Of a DNA stretch of 64,000 bases, positions 49,686-63,252 are shown piece after piece. Source of the DNA: Massalongia carnosa (taxonomy: Eukaryota). How positions within the stretch are numbered: position 1 is the first letter of the stretch; each line of letters opens with the position of its first letter. The stretch spans positions 1,550,001 to 1,614,000 of the forward strand of contig OZ287076.1 in assembly GCA_965645245.1 (NCBI GenBank), written 5' to 3'. Below the pieces are notes generated by a model. That model had not been told where the DNA came from. It made no database searches and saw nothing but the letters and a program-made list of their open reading frames with translations. Made by a program: the position numbers and the translations under genes.

Positions 49686-50444
49686 ATGAATCTTCATCAT
49701 CTCCATCTTCCTGGTCTAACACCTTATCTTCGCGCTTCCGCCATTCAGTCCCATTTGGTTCGAATCCGCCTCAATTACAAGGCGCTTCCAGACTTGCTCC
49801 GTGACAGAACCCCCCCACCACCCCCGACTCTCCTAACGTTTCAGACGCCTCCCACTTATACTTGTGGCCGACGTGAAATTGGTAGGCTTTCCTCTTCGCA
49901 GGTTACATACCTGCAAACCGAGGGGAAAGCAGAGTTTCATGAAGCACTCCGAGGAGGCCAAACCACGTTTCATGGTCCAGGCCAACTAACTGCCTACTTG
50001 ATTCTCACACTTGATGCTCATCCAGCATCGGCAAGAAAACATGTTCAGTTACTCGAGTCGTCTGTCATAGACGTGTGCCTGAAACATGGAATCGAGGGAT
50101 TCACCACTATCAACCCAGGGGTATGGATAAGTCCCGAGAAGAAAATAGCAAGTGTAGGGGTTCACTTACGAAGATATGTCACGAGTCACGGCATCGGGCT
50201 GAACGTGTCGACTGATCTTAGCTGGTTTCACCGAATTGTAGCCTGCGGGCTTGTTGGTAAGAAGACTACGAGTTTCGAGGCAGAAGGTGTTATTGGGAAA
50301 GAGGTTGGTGAAGTGGCAGAGATGTTTGCGGAATATGTGGCAGCACGTCTAGGGGGACTAACTAAGATTCAAATTATCAGTGAAGACCAGGTCATGGACA
50401 TGATGAATTCCGAGAAACCTAATGGACTTGCACAAGCAATCTAG
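49686..50444 (+). CDS. LIP2: Lipoyl(octanoyl) transferase (LipB family)
   Basis: PTYTCGRR, RGGQTTFHGPGQL, KIASVGVHLRRYVTSHGIGLNV and IVACGL. Confidence 0.95.
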   Translation: MNLHHLHLPGLTPYLRASAIQSHLVRIRLNYKALPDLLRDRTPPPPPTLLTFQTPPTYTCGRREIGRLSSSQVTYLQTEGKAEFHEALRGGQTTFHGPGQLTAYLILTLDAHPASARKHVQLLESSVIDVCLKHGIEGFTTINPGVWISPEKKIASVGVHLRRYVTSHGIGLNVSTDLSWFHRIVACGLVGKKTTSFEAEGVIGKEVGEVAEMFAEYVAARLGGLTKIQIISEDQVMDMMNSEKPNGLAQAI

Positions 50445-52322
50445 GATGACACTAATACCAGGTTATGTTGTCAGAACAGTAATTGAAAAGCTTAGCCATC
50501 TTGTTCGAGAAACATGTTAGCTGGTGTGCAAACCAAGTTGTGCCATGGCAGTCAGATACTAACGTCCCTTCAAGATGGAAATCGTTGTTGCGCAGTCTGA
50601 CTCCAATCTCGTGTTCTCTTATTACAGAACCAAGTAAAGTTTAAAACCCCCTACGTTGCAATTTGACAGCATATACTTGATAGGTTCATTCTTGGCTTTT
50701 CTTTCTCTAAGAGAATTTCCTGGCACCGTCGATATCTGATATCTTTTGTTTGAATCGTCACGCAAGCCGTTTGTTCTTGAAATCACGCCTGATGGTCTGG
50801 AATCAACAAAATCAATTCTTCGTTAGTAGAATTAATGTCTGTTGCCTCCTTCATTCCATCCCGGCCTGGTTTATATCACTATTTTAGGATGAAGCGCCAT
50901 ACCCATTCAAGGGTTTCGATTTCTCATTAAACCACTGCCCTGGTTTTTCCCAACCGCCCCTTTAATTATTCCTCTTTCAGTACTTTACTTAAACTACCCG
51001 TAACCTGCTGGAAGTCCCAAGACCCTCCACCCCAACCGTAACGTTTTAATATACCTAACTATATATCTATACATTGTTACAAAGTAAAGGATAATTCCAA
51101 TCCAGATAGATTCACCCCACTTCCTTTCCTATATATATTGGGTGTTCACCTTTCCACCAAAACAAAAATCTCCAGCCGAATGCCCGAAGGAGACGACGCG
51201 CATAAAGCCACTCGGGATGTTGACCGCTTTTCCCCCGAGTTAGTACCCCGATGGAGAGAATAGGTAGATGAGGGGAAATAGATGGAGTTCTATAGAGATA
51301 AATAAGCTGATGGGATATTGAGGTAATAGCAGTAATAATACAACCGCATTTTACTCGAATAACCACCTACTATCTATCCAACAAATACCTAACTTTAAAA
51401 AAAAACGAATCTACCACTTCCATCTATTCATGTAGCATCTACTCCATTCAATCCGGCAACTGTGTACTATAGTAGGTATTTCCGACCACCCGTTCGGAGA
51501 AAACCAGCTCAAAAAAATCCCCCAAAAAATCGAAAGATAACACATATGAGCGGTTTTCGCACATATCTTTTCGGATGGAAAACTAAAAAGGGTTGAGGGG
51601 TTTCTAAGTTACAGCCATTCCCAAGATCATGGAGAAAAAGACACAATGGTATATAAATAGAGCAAGTACCTAAGTAAAATAAGTAACAAAATTCAAAATC
51701 GCTTTCCTTCCTCCCTCCTCTCTCCCCTTCCCCCTTCTCTTCCTTTTCCCCCTTCCACCCTGCCCAAGCCCCAGGCTACTGAAACCAATCCATCAAAGTG
51801 GGGTCGGGCGGGGTGGGAACTAGTTGCCACGAAACGAAGGGAAAGGAAAGAAAGGGGAAAGAAAAGGGAAAGAAAAGGAAAAGAAAAGGAAACGAAAAGA
51901 AGCGAACACAGAAAATGGAAATGAAAAAGAGCGAGAATCGTGCGCCTTCCTGCTTGCTGTCTGCTGTGTTTCCCCCGAATCCCATATGCTGGTTCGCCCA
52001 TGGTGAACATTTCCCCCCCTACATGACCCGCCAAAAACGCCTAGGTCGAACTCAACCAGAAAAGATCATACCAAGCTGTTGTTGTCTCTCTGGAAATAAA
52101 AAGAACGCCAGAGTCCCTGGTGTAATGTGACGTTGGCAAATGCAGAATGAATGATCTCCCCATGCACACCTCCCATGAATTAACAAGCTCCGCGCTCGTA
52201 ACTTCACCCACACCACCCACCCATAACACCCTTCACTCCCCTCAAGAACTATACAAATTTCGCTTCCTTACTCCTAACAAAAGCTTCTCTCCATTACTGT
52301 CGAAAGATAACTCTCTCTACGA

Positions 52323-54752
52323 TCATCTCTCCCCACGCTGCCACCCATTCAGCCACGTCATAATCCCCACCCCTATCAACACCACCCCGACCATACTCAC
52401 GTACGGTGCACTCTGCATCGCCACCTCGCCATGGCTCCCGTTACCCCATCGATGTGACTGCAGCACAGTCGAGAGTGTGTGTTGCTGCAGCACTACGACA
52501 TCATGAGAGCGAGAATCACCGGACAGTGGGACGTCGTTTTGAGAACGCTGCGGCGATACAGCGGAAGGAGAGGAATATAAAGATTTTTGATGTAGGGAGA
52601 TTTGGTGTGAGGACGTTTCTGTGTTGGGGGTAGATTTATCGGTATTTGATGTTGTACTTGTGATGGTTGGATCGGTGCCGGCTCGAATCCGTTCGACCAT
52701 CTCGGCCAAGCCATTCCGTTCTCGTTCCGCACCCTCTGCGCGGCGTTTGTAGCTCTCCATGACAAGTTTCATTTCGTCCATCTCTCTGACCATAAGGTTA
52801 AGTCTTTCTTGCAATAAGGTGGTTGACGTGTCAATAGCCTTAGTATCATGATGCGGTTTCTCTGTAGTCTCTCTCTTTAAATCAGGAGGACCTATTGTAA
52901 ATTGCGAATCTTTCGCCGCTGGTACATCATCAACTTGGCCATGGAAACCATTCATGAGTTGCTGCTTCGATTGGTCTGGGGAGTCCGGTGGTGGCTCAAA
53001 CGCCTCGTCTTCAACGACTCCATTCTCCTGATTCTCACCATTTGGAAAATTATGCTTCTCCAGCAAACGGCGGGCACGCTCTTCTGCGGTTTCTCGTGCT
53101 TTACGCTCTCGCCGCAACAAAACCTCTAGATGCTTGACTCGATCGCCTTGGGAGTCAATTTCTCGCTTTGCGGCTGTCAACGCTTCGACAAGGGAAATGA
53201 TTTGGCTAGAAGCCGGTTCAGGTTTTGAAGGCAAAGGTAGTGGTGATTTGGGGGTTTCAGTCTCAGTCCTTTTCAACGGGCTCTGAGCAAGAGGGTCGAC
53301 GACGTTATAGCGAGGTAGGTCAGGCTTCTCTGGTAGAGGTTGCTGGGGTGGCGGTGCAGGTGGCTGCGAGAATGGTGATATGGCATCAATCGGGGCTAGT
53401 TGGGAAACACCGTTGGTTTGAGGTTCATCGGCGATGATATCTAATGGAGGTGGTGGAGCTTTCTCTCCAGGTTCTAGGGTCAGTAACGTGCTGAAGAAGG
53501 CGCTGGTTCGGTGAAGATCTTGAGATTGTTGTTTGGCCTGTTTCAATTCCATCTAAATTCGCTTAGTACATGCCGATGTAGTCCTTATTGAGCCCAAACT
53601 TACGGTGAGCTTTTTAACTACCTGTTCAATGGTAATTGGGTTCATCCAAGAATTCATCTGTCGTTGGGCTCCCATCCCATTCAAATTACCTCCGCTCGTG
53701 ATTGGTTGGCCTAAAATCCGAGCATTACTTGATACTGAACCCTGACTTCCAGCGCGTCCCCGGACCTGAGACAAATGTTGACCAATTGAGGGACCTACGA
53801 TCCCGTTCCCAGAGCTTGGATCCATATCACCAAAGTTGAGGTCAACAACATTTGAGCTATTGCCATATATGCCAGCGTGTTCAACTTTTGCCGAGACTTT
53901 GTGGTGAACGATACTTTTTTGATCCTCGCTGACGATATCGATGCCTAACTCCAACGTATCATGCTCCCGTAACTCATGTGGGTCAGAATCCCGGTTTTCT
54001 TGTGATAGCCTCACTCCATTGACGAATGTTCCATTCGAAGACTTCACGTCCCGAATCCAAATCTTGCCTTGTCTATCTGCCCAAACTTCCGCATGCTGTC
54101 TCGAAAGCACTTTCGAATCGAAATAGCCATTGACTGCCGTCGGTACGGTCTTTGCGTTTGTTTGTCGTCCAATCCTCAATACTTCAGGGTAGTAAGGTAC
54201 CGTGATATGCTTCCGCTCAAATGTACCTGTCATCGGCAACAATGCAAGAACAGCGGGCGGTTCTGACTGGTTCGACGATGGCTCCAATCTTCCACCATTC
54301 TGTTGTGGTTGCGACTGTGCTCTATTCGTAGAAGGTACCACAGGGATTGGTTGATGCATGGCCGACATTGTTGATGCAGCGGATTGACCAGATGAAGGTG
54401 TTGGTAAGGGCTGCGGCCTTGCTGTCGATATCCCAGACACGGGTTCCGCTTTTGACGATGGCCAGATTCCCTTTACGGGTTTTTTCCGCGGTCCCCATCC
54501 TCCTTGATCACCATTTGTAACCGGAGCTTCGCTGTTGAGCTGCGAAGATGTCGCCGGGATTGTATATGTGGATGAACCTGAGGATGAGGACGCAACCGAT
54601 GACGAGGAGTTGGCGCGCGGTGCGCTCTTGCGGGGCATGAACATTCGCGTTACCTCGTCGGCGCTCATGGGGTTTAATCCTCCTTGGCCACCGCTACCAG
54701 AATTCCATATAGGTAGAGGTTGGAGACTAGGTGGAGATGCTACAGCCGTCAT
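52323..54752 (-). CDS. FHA-domain coiled-coil tail-anchored protein (Vps64/Far9/SLMAP-like STRIPAK component), 1 intron
   Basis: FHA motifs IGRQTN, FDSKVLSRQHA and DVKSSNGTFVNG, followed by coiled coils and a C-terminal TM (VGVVLIGVGIMTWLNGW). Confidence 0.92.
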
Positions 54753-56930
54753 CGGTGTGATGATCACTACGTTAGTGGAAGGATATGAGTTGGCTCCAAT
54801 ATGATAATGCCTTCACTTCTCGAAAAATGTCTGCGTCAGGACGCCCGTGCTCGTGAAACAAGCGCCAGCATGCACTTCAGGGTATGCGACCAGGTGGTTT
54901 CCGTGGGCTCGAGATTCTTTCATCGAATTGACGCTTCAATAAGGTTGTATGCAAGTGATGGGGGTAGATTTGAATCTGGCAACGGACGTTTCTCTTTCCG
55001 TTATGGACCACCGCGTAGGATTTCCAGTTTTTCTTAGGGTGGGGAGGGTGGGTTGTGCTGACGACAAAGGGCTGAACCATCCACACACGATCAGTAAGAG
55101 CGCTAGCCACCAGAAACGGGGTTTGACAGTGAGCAAGTAGATCCAGATGGGATGTCTGGATTGTTGCAACCCTTTTTCGTGAAAAGCGAGGGGTAAAAAC
55201 TGAATTTAGATACCAAGGAAAAGTGTCCGGTTATTTGGTTGGAAACGTTCAAGACCAATCCTGAAGCGCGAGAAACGCCTTAAAAAGCCCCTAAAACTAG
55301 AAATCAGATGGAAACCTTTACCGTACGGGAGGAGAACAGACGAGTTTGCAAGTCGTTCCACCACGACGAACACAGCACAAAGTATCATGCATCATGCATC
55401 AATTCACCCATTAAGGGAATCATCTGGAAAATCTTGAACTAACTTCTAAACTATTTTCGTCGATTTCTGGTTCTCTTTCTGAGTTTATTTGGCTTTTACA
55501 TCGCTGCAGTTTACGATTCTTTGAAGCACGTGATCAACACTTGGCCCAAAAAGGGGTTTGGAAACACTCACTTGGTATTAAACTTTACATCAGCAGTCAT
55601 GATCTTCAGTATCTAATTGCTAAGCAGCTTCAGGATAGCGGAACGTTCAACGTTCACAGACACAGTCATTATGCCTCCCATGCCGTCAGGATCTGCGGGT
55701 GGAGGGGGCATGCGAGCCCCGTCTGCATTTGACAAGTGTAGGTCCCAACCACATAATGAAAAATAACTAGTGTTGCCCCAGAGCTATTTATCTACGCTGC
55801 AGTTTCCCCCTAGCTAATACGTAGCAGGGAAGATGGGGGCAATGCTAGGAGGCTGTAAGCCCATCATCTGCTCGTGGAAATCCTAGTTTGGAGACTGACA
55901 TCCAATGCCATGTAGCCGTGGGTCTGATTATGGGGTTCATTTTCGGTACACATTAACGTGCCCCTTTCTTTATGAAACAACTCCTCCACGACTAAAAATA
56001 TTACCACAGGCGGTTTCAATATAATAAGATATGGGGCAGGACCAAACGGACCGATGAGGATGCTAGGACAATACATGCTAGGCTCGGGAGCAACGTTTGG
56101 GTAAGCTACAACGGAGCCAGGCCCCTTCTTTGAAGAATGTATGTTGAAGGGCTGATGCGAATGGCTCTGTCGATCAGGTTCTTCATGTCGATTGGAAGTG
56201 TTATTAGGACTGAAGGGTCCTCGTCGGAGGTCACAGAGGCATATGCAAGGGCGAGACGGCATCCATTGGTGATGCCGAGGCAACGGCCGAGAAGATCAGA
56301 GGGAGGGCAGCGGGGAGCTGGGAGGAGGGAGGTTTGATTCATGATTTGTATGTCGGAAATCTAGCGTCTCTTCTTAGTCGTTGAGACTTATATCCTGCTT
56401 ACCGTTAGCTCTTAGGTGTCAATACCATTTTTCCAAAACTAGTCCTAAGCGTTTCGGTCGTCATCGCTATGCTCATGACAAGAGACTCTGCATTGAGCAC
56501 CACTTGATATTCTGCTGAAAGGATCGGATACCATATGCTCTACATATTTTTATTTCAACCACAAAATAAAAAGAAGAAGACTATGATGCCGTATATAGAG
56601 CGCCGCGTAATGATTATTGTACAATCATCATCCGCTCCCAGCCCATCCAAAGTTGCACCTACCCACCCACCCCACCCCACCCAACCCCACCCAACCCCAA
56701 GACAATCAAAGTAGGAGTAAGCAAACCAGAAAGAGTAATAAGTAAGTAACCAATTTTAGGAACGCATGGGAACGTTAGTGCCCCTCTGCGCGCCGTCTCG
56801 CCGCCCTTCCTCAGTTCTCTTTAGTAAATACCCACCGTGAACTGTGCCTGCCCAATAAGGAAAACGGCAGTATAGACAGGCGGAAAATTCGTAAAACAGA
56901 AAAATAATCTAGGCAAATAGGAAGGGTTAT

Positions 56931-58140
56931 TCACATGATGCAGCATTTGCTGCCCCCACCCGATCCGCCCGACGCCTTGACGGAAAGCGCCACGCGCGCC
57001 GCTTCTGTGAACGCCTCATTGACGCCTCGGTTCCGCTTCGCCGAACATTCTGCACGTTTTCTCAGTATGATGCATTACATGACCTTAAGGGTTACTGGTT
57101 TAACGGGAGCCGGGGGGAGAAAGGAGGGAAAGGGTGAAAGACATACCCAGGTATCGTAATGCCTGAATTCGTCTCGCGACCTCAAGACCCTGCTTGTAAT
57201 CGATCATATCCTTTTCCTTCCGCGAGGGGCCCATATCTTGTTGCTGTTGTTCCGCCGCCGCATCGTCGTCGTCATCTGCGTGCTTCTCGCGCAAATCGCA
57301 CTTTAGCGCTACCAGCACGAGCTTGACACCTTGGCAGTTCTCCGCGATCTCGCCCACCCACTTTGACTCGACATTTTCGAGCGAGTCGCGCGAATCGACC
57401 TGATAGGTTTGTCTCTCGTGTTAGAATAACCGCGCAAAGAATCGGAAGGAGGAAGGGGGAAGCCAAACACTGAAGCAGAGCATAATCGTATGGGTATCAT
57501 CGTAAGATAGCGAGCGTAGCCGGTCAAATTCCTCCTGCCCAGCGGTATCCCAAAGCGAGAGCTCGATATGGACATTGTCGACGAATATATCTATGAAAAT
57601 CCCCACCGATGTAAGCTTTCTCCCTCTTGACGCAGAAGACCAAACTTCGCAAAAGAACCTCGTACCATGAACGTAGTTTTCTGCAAATTCTCTGTTAGCG
57701 GCGGCTCCCCTCCCCCCTTGCGTAAATCTTTCTGGACTGAGGAATGGATTGGCTCACCAAAAACGGTTGGTTCACTGCCAATCACGTCGTGTACATAACG
57801 TCTAGTCAGCGGCAATTCCAGACGAGAGGAAAAATAATGTGAGGTGGGGGTTCGCCGACATACTATACGGTGGGGAAATATCTTCTCGTTATCGCGACAT
57901 GCGTGTCAGCATTGCCAGGCTTTGTTCGCGAGTTTCAGACATCTCGGGATGGATGGATGGATGGATGAACCGACGTACCCTCGAGTGAAGACGTTCAGCA
58001 ATGACGTTTTGCCGCAAGCACCATCGCCTCTTCGCGAGCGCACATAACTATCAGCCACAGCCCACCAAGGGGAGGCAGGGAAATGCGTACAAAAGGACCA
58101 ACTTGCGAGAGACAGTCTTTCCTCCACCACAGAGAGGCAT
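56931..58140 (-). CDS. RHO3: Rho GTPase Rho3, 8 exons including three micro-exons
   Basis: [54 protein letters not shown] and the CAAX end KCCIM*. Confidence 0.95.
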
Positions 58141-58763
58141 GATGGATGAATGGATCAATAATACACTAGATAGACAATAGGTACCTAGCCAAAAAGGTTC
58201 CTTTCGTTGTCGGTGAGGCTTTTAGAATACAGAGGTCCGGGGATTAGCAGCTCGAGGTGTTGAAGCCAACATGGAAAGAGCGTAATAATGAAGAAACCAA
58301 GCAGTTTTATTATTTTTTACTCCTTATTTTAAACAAGCAAGATTTAGAGCGCAGCATAGGGACAGGAGGGAATGCGGTGAGAGGGCGAGTCGATGATGCT
58401 ATGATGCGGCCCAACGTTTCGCAGCTTATTCTGGAAATTGAGGCTGAAGCTGGATTACGATCTGCTGCGTGGGGGTTGGTGAGGCGGCGTCATCTCGATC
58501 GTCTCTTTCGCTCATACTACCAGAATAACATTCAACATACCTAGTTGTAGAATAAGTGACACAAATATGGCTTTGCCTAGTTCTGGCCACTAAGGAAAAG
58601 GAACAATCTACGGAAGGATAAGGGTCATAGGGTGGTCAAACTGAGAGACCAACGCGTCCTATATTCATTTATGGTTCATCGCCTCAATTCTACATAAAAT
58701 CGCTTCGCTGGCCCGCCCCAGAAGACTTCTTACCAAGAACTAATCATACTAAGTACATAAATT

Positions 58764-59990
58764 TTAATCATCCAAACTCCTTGGTAACCCTCCTCGACCT
58801 CTTCTCATTCTTTCACCAATGCCCAATGCCCCGGCTTTGCGATTCAAGCCGCTTATAAAGTCTCCCTTCCCACCGTGCTTTGCCGATTTGGATCGCGCAA
58901 TTGCGTCCGCTTCTCTTTCAGCCTCCTCCCGTGCTTCGATTGCTGCAATCCGTTTCTCGCGATCTTGATCCAACTCAGAAGCAGCTTGCTGCATTGCTGC
59001 GAGCCTAGCTGCACGTCCATCCGCTTGTAAAGACGCCGGGCGTGGTTCTTCTGCAAGCGATGAGTTTCTCCGTTTTGTGGTATGCCAGCTTTTGCTTTGC
59101 TTTAAGGGATGATAAGTGTTGAATTTCCGCTGCGTTGAACTGGGCCTTCCATGAGGGGAATGTGATCTCTTGCGGCGATAGGGAGACGGCGACCTCCGAC
59201 GATGATAAGGTGAGGGTGATCTATGTCGAGTCGGTAAAGGGGATCGCAAACGTCGAGATGGAGAGATGGATCTGCTTCTGCTGCGGTGCAAGGATGGGGA
59301 TCGGAGGCGATAAATAGGAGACGTTCGGGAACGCGAGGATGAGTCGTCCGATCGGCGCGAATGATGGTGCCTACTCCTCCTTTGTCCATCTTCCTCATCA
59401 ATCCGTCTGCGCTTATGGCTATGGTGGTGGTCGTCACGATGATGATGTTTTCGGTGTTTACGCTCCTTATCTTTAACTTTGATGTCGGCTCCGGCAGCTT
59501 TGAGTAAAAGCCTCCGTCTGACCGGATCATTCATCAAAGCTTCGTATGCTGCCTGTTCCTGCTTCTTTATAGCCAGCATTGGATCTTCTCGTATCTTGGA
59601 TGCTGTGTCTCGGACGGTATTGGCATGCTGTAAAGCCATGAATGAATCTTCTGCTGCAGCCTTCTCCAGCTTCTTGTTCTCCGTGCCTTTAATTAGCCCA
59701 TCAACCCTTCTCTTTCCTAGCAGATATCCTTCCATCTCCTCTGTGGTACCAACTTGGCCACTGGAGGGCCCAGAGTACATCCAGTCCACGCGATTCAACC
59801 GTTTTGTACCCCCAGCAGCTTCTTGCATTTCCTGAAGTTCTTGAATTTGTCTTTCCTCTTGTCGCTCCTTCATCATTTGTTCAATGCGCTTCCGCTCATC
59901 AAGCGCTTTCTTTTCTTCTTCCCATACCCGCTTCTGGTTGCTCATGAGCACTGGGTGCCATGACTTTTTAAGATTAAGATCTCCACCCAT
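58764..59990 (-). CDS. CWC25: Pre-mRNA splicing factor Cwc25
   Basis: [28 protein letters not shown] and [11 protein letters not shown]. Confidence 0.95.
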   Translation of the reverse strand: MGGDLNLKKSWHPVLMSNQKRVWEEEKKALDERKRIEQMMKERQEERQIQELQEMQEAAGGTKRLNRVDWMYSGPSSGQVGTTEEMEGYLLGKRRVDGLIKGTENKKLEKAAAEDSFMALQHANTVRDTASKIREDPMLAIKKQEQAAYEALMNDPVRRRLLLKAAGADIKVKDKERKHRKHHHRDDHHHSHKRRRIDEEDGQRRSRHHHSRRSDDSSSRSRTSPIYRLRSPSLHRSRSRSISPSRRLRSPLPTRHRSPSPYHRRRSPSPYRRKRSHSPHGRPSSTQRKFNTYHPLKQSKSWHTTKRRNSSLAEEPRPASLQADGRAARLAAMQQAASELDQDREKRIAAIEAREEAEREADAIARSKSAKHGGKGDFISGLNRKAGALGIGERMRRGRGGLPRSLDD

Positions 59991-60255
59991 TATGAGATGA
60001 TTTTGCTAAAACAATTTTTGTCAGAATAGACAGCAAGATATTTTAAGGGAGACGGGTTGCTTGTTACCTTTGGAAACAGGAAGGATGATCGGCCGCAGCA
60101 GACGGGTGTCAAACGGACGCACTAAACCCTATGGATCTTTATCGATAAGAGAATCGTGTACTTCACCATGTGCTACACCATCATCTAATCAACCAAATAA
60201 AACTATTCAAACTTAGAAAGCACGCACTTTGAACCTTAATGATCAAGTTTTCAGG

Positions 60256-62034
60256 ATGTCTGATGATGATTTTATGCAAGACTCTGATCCCGAGGAGTAA
60301 GTTAAGTCAATCGAAGAGCTCTTGTTTCGCCCTCTCTTACGATGCTCTAGGTATGATTTCGAATACGAAGATGGCGACGAAGAGGAAACCGGAGACGTTG
60401 GTATTGAGAATAAATATTACAATGCCAAGCAGATCAAGGCAGATAATCCAGAAGAAGCAATAGAAGAGTTTCTAGGATTACCTGCCTTGGAAGATGAGAA
60501 AGGGGACTGGTATGAGCCTTAAGCTCAATGTATGCTCACTTAAGACTGATGATCGTTGTTAAGGGGATTCAAGGGTTTAAAGCAAGCAATAAAACTCGAA
60601 TTCAAACTAGGTCGATATGAAAGGGTATGCCAATTTCTCTTGATTACATTCCTTGCTCATATGTGCTTGCAGGCTGTTGAGCACTATCGTGAGCTCCTCA
60701 CTTATGTCAAGTCCGCTGTCACTCGCAACTACTCGGAGAAGTCGATTAACAATATGCTCGATTTCATCGAAAAGGGTTCAGAGAATGAGAGCGCCTATCA
60801 TTGCATGGAGAGATTCTACTCCCAAACCCTCGAGTCATTTCAAAGCACGAACAATGAGAGACTCTGGCTGAAAACAAATATAAAGCTTGCACGTTTGTGG
60901 CTGGATCGAAAACAATATACTCAATTAGTCAAGATGGTCCGAGATTTACATCGAGCCTGTCAGAGGGAGGATGGAACCGACGATCCGAGTAAAGGCACAT
61001 ACGCTCTAGAGATATATGCCCTCGAAATCCAAATGTATGCCGATACGAGGAACAACAAACGGCTCAAGGTAAGCGTTGGCTAAACGCCAAATCGGTATTT
61101 CCATAGCTAAGTACTCAAGGCTCTATACCAACGCGCATTAAAAGTAAGCTCCGCAGTACCTCATCCCAAGATTATGGGAATTATTCGAGAGTGTGGCGGC
61201 AAAATGCATATGAGCGAAGGTCTGTTCCTGGAGGCTTAACTGTTGCTGGATCGCTGATTTGATGTAGAGAATTGGGAAGAAGCCCAGATTGACTTCTTCG
61301 AGTCGTTCCGAAACTACGATGAAGCTGGATCCTTACAGAGAATACAGGTGTTAAAGTATCTTGTTCTCACAACATTGCTAATGAAATCGGATATCAATCC
61401 TTTTGATTCCCAAGAAACTAAACCCTACAAGAATGATCCACGAATTTCAGCCATGACGGATCTCGTAGACGCGTATCAGCGGGATGATATCCACCGATAC
61501 GAGTCGATTTTGCAAAATAATAAGGATGTTTTAGCGGACCCGTTCATCGCAGAGAACATTGATGAAGTGACACGTAATATGCGTACTAAAGGCGTACTCA
61601 AGCTGATTACGCCTTACACGCGCTTTACTCTACTCTTTGTTGCCAAGCAGCTGAAGATCTCCGTTACAGAAGTGCAAGACATTGTGGGGTTCTTGATTAT
61701 TGCTGGCAAATTAAAAGGTAAAATCAATCAAGAAAGAGGCACCGTTGAGATCGAGATTTCTCATGACGTCGGTCGAACCCAAGCAATGCAGCAGTGGACC
61801 TCCGCGGTTGGGTCTCTGTGGAAAACGATATTGGATGAAGGGGATGGGTTCAAATCAGATGAGTCATCCCAAACCACACTGGGTGGAACTGCAATCTCAA
61901 GCCTCCAATCTACTCGATTTGATGGCATTGAATCGCTGCACGGCCAAGGCCCGAACGGGTTCGGCAAGGGTAGAGGCGGGGGAAAGAAAGGATTTGCTGG
62001 GTTTTCTGCACGGAGTTACGGTGACACCAGATAG
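60256..62034 (+). CDS. CSN2: COP9 signalosome subunit 2, multi-exon
   Basis: [56 protein letters not shown] and [13 protein letters not shown]. Confidence 0.95.
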
Positions 62035-63106
62035 GTGACACCAGATAGGTACAGCCGCTACGCATGGAGCGGTTGGTCATTTGGCAAAATGAAGCATGCA
62101 GGGTGACGGCCCCACCGAGCGAGGCGGTTCCTAGGAATGGAGCAATCGTTCGATCCGCTCCTGTTGAGACTATTTTTGCACATTGATCGTCCCGCGCAGC
62201 CACAGCGCTGGGTGGTCGGCTGGGCGGGGGGCCAGGTTGTCGGGCGGTTCCTGGCCTGTTCAGAGGCCGGATAAACGACGGAAGGGACAGCTAATATCCG
62301 TAATCCGTGCAGAACAGGGCTTCTGGGTGCAGGCGGAGGAGATACTCTGCAGTTTTGCATTTCGCAACCTTTTTTTTTGGTTCATGTACACCGTTCTTCA
62401 TCGGTATCAGCAAGTCAGCGGCCACAGATCAATCAGATGAATGCAAGTTAAACCCGGCTCATGCTCTGTTCCCGGGGTTCCGCGACCAATGATGATGTCT
62501 GGCGTAGTCGCTGCCAAATGCACTGCAAGCGTTGACAAGGAGTTTGTTTTCTCTGTTGCTGGGGGATGGAGGCGGCCGTCCAGTCGTCACGACCTCCCTT
62601 GGAGGTCCGGCCCTGTTGTATGGAAACACTTGTTCCACGTCAAGCAGATGCAGCATGCACGAGGGGGGCAGGCATGTGTATCATGTTCATGTATGCATAT
62701 GAAATGCATCCTACGTAATAGTCTAGGCACCGCATCAGGTAAAATGCACAGAGTGGAGCGGGCTCATACTCTGTAATCTGTGCCTTGTACCTTAAAGTCG
62801 GGAGGAAGTGGTAAGTGCCCCTGTCCATGTAACGTTGAGAATTCGGGGTTCCCCAGGAGCAGAAGTGCCGATTTCTAGGTGTCTTGCCGGTGAAGCACCG
62901 ATCGTGGTTAGCGGGATGTTTCGTTAGGGAAGTCGCTCCCCCATTGGTCTACTGTACGGAGTATGCATAGTAATGTACCTTTGTCGATGCCATCATGAGG
63001 CATCTATGAGATGGTTCTATGTCACGTGAGGCCCCTGAGTCAAAGTAAATTAAGAATCACCCTCTGAAAATTCTTTCCTCATCCACTTCTTCTCACTCGG
63101 CCTCAT

Positions 63107-63245
63107 CCATCTCACTGACTCGTCGTCGACCCCACGTTGTCTCGGTGCCCCTACCTCGCTGTCAGTGCTTGCTGCTTTTCCCATCTCACTGACTCGTCGT
63201 CGACCTCACGTTGTCCTCGGTGCCCCTACCTCGCTGTCGGTGCTT
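63107..63245. repeat. Two ~65-bp direct repeats (period 74) immediately 5' of the gag-like ORF
   Basis: CCATCTCACTGACTCGTCGTCGACC...CCTACCTCGCTGTC begins at 63107 and at 63181. Confidence 0.9.
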
Positions 63246-63252
63246 TTTCCCA

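Noticed and set aside
55864..56342. Short ORFs between the FHA gene and RHO3
   Set aside because: No recognisable motifs, so a gene cannot be supported.
47533..63245. Direct repeats as CRISPR-like arrays
   Set aside because: Each has only two copies, there is no repeat-spacer series, and the context is eukaryotic.
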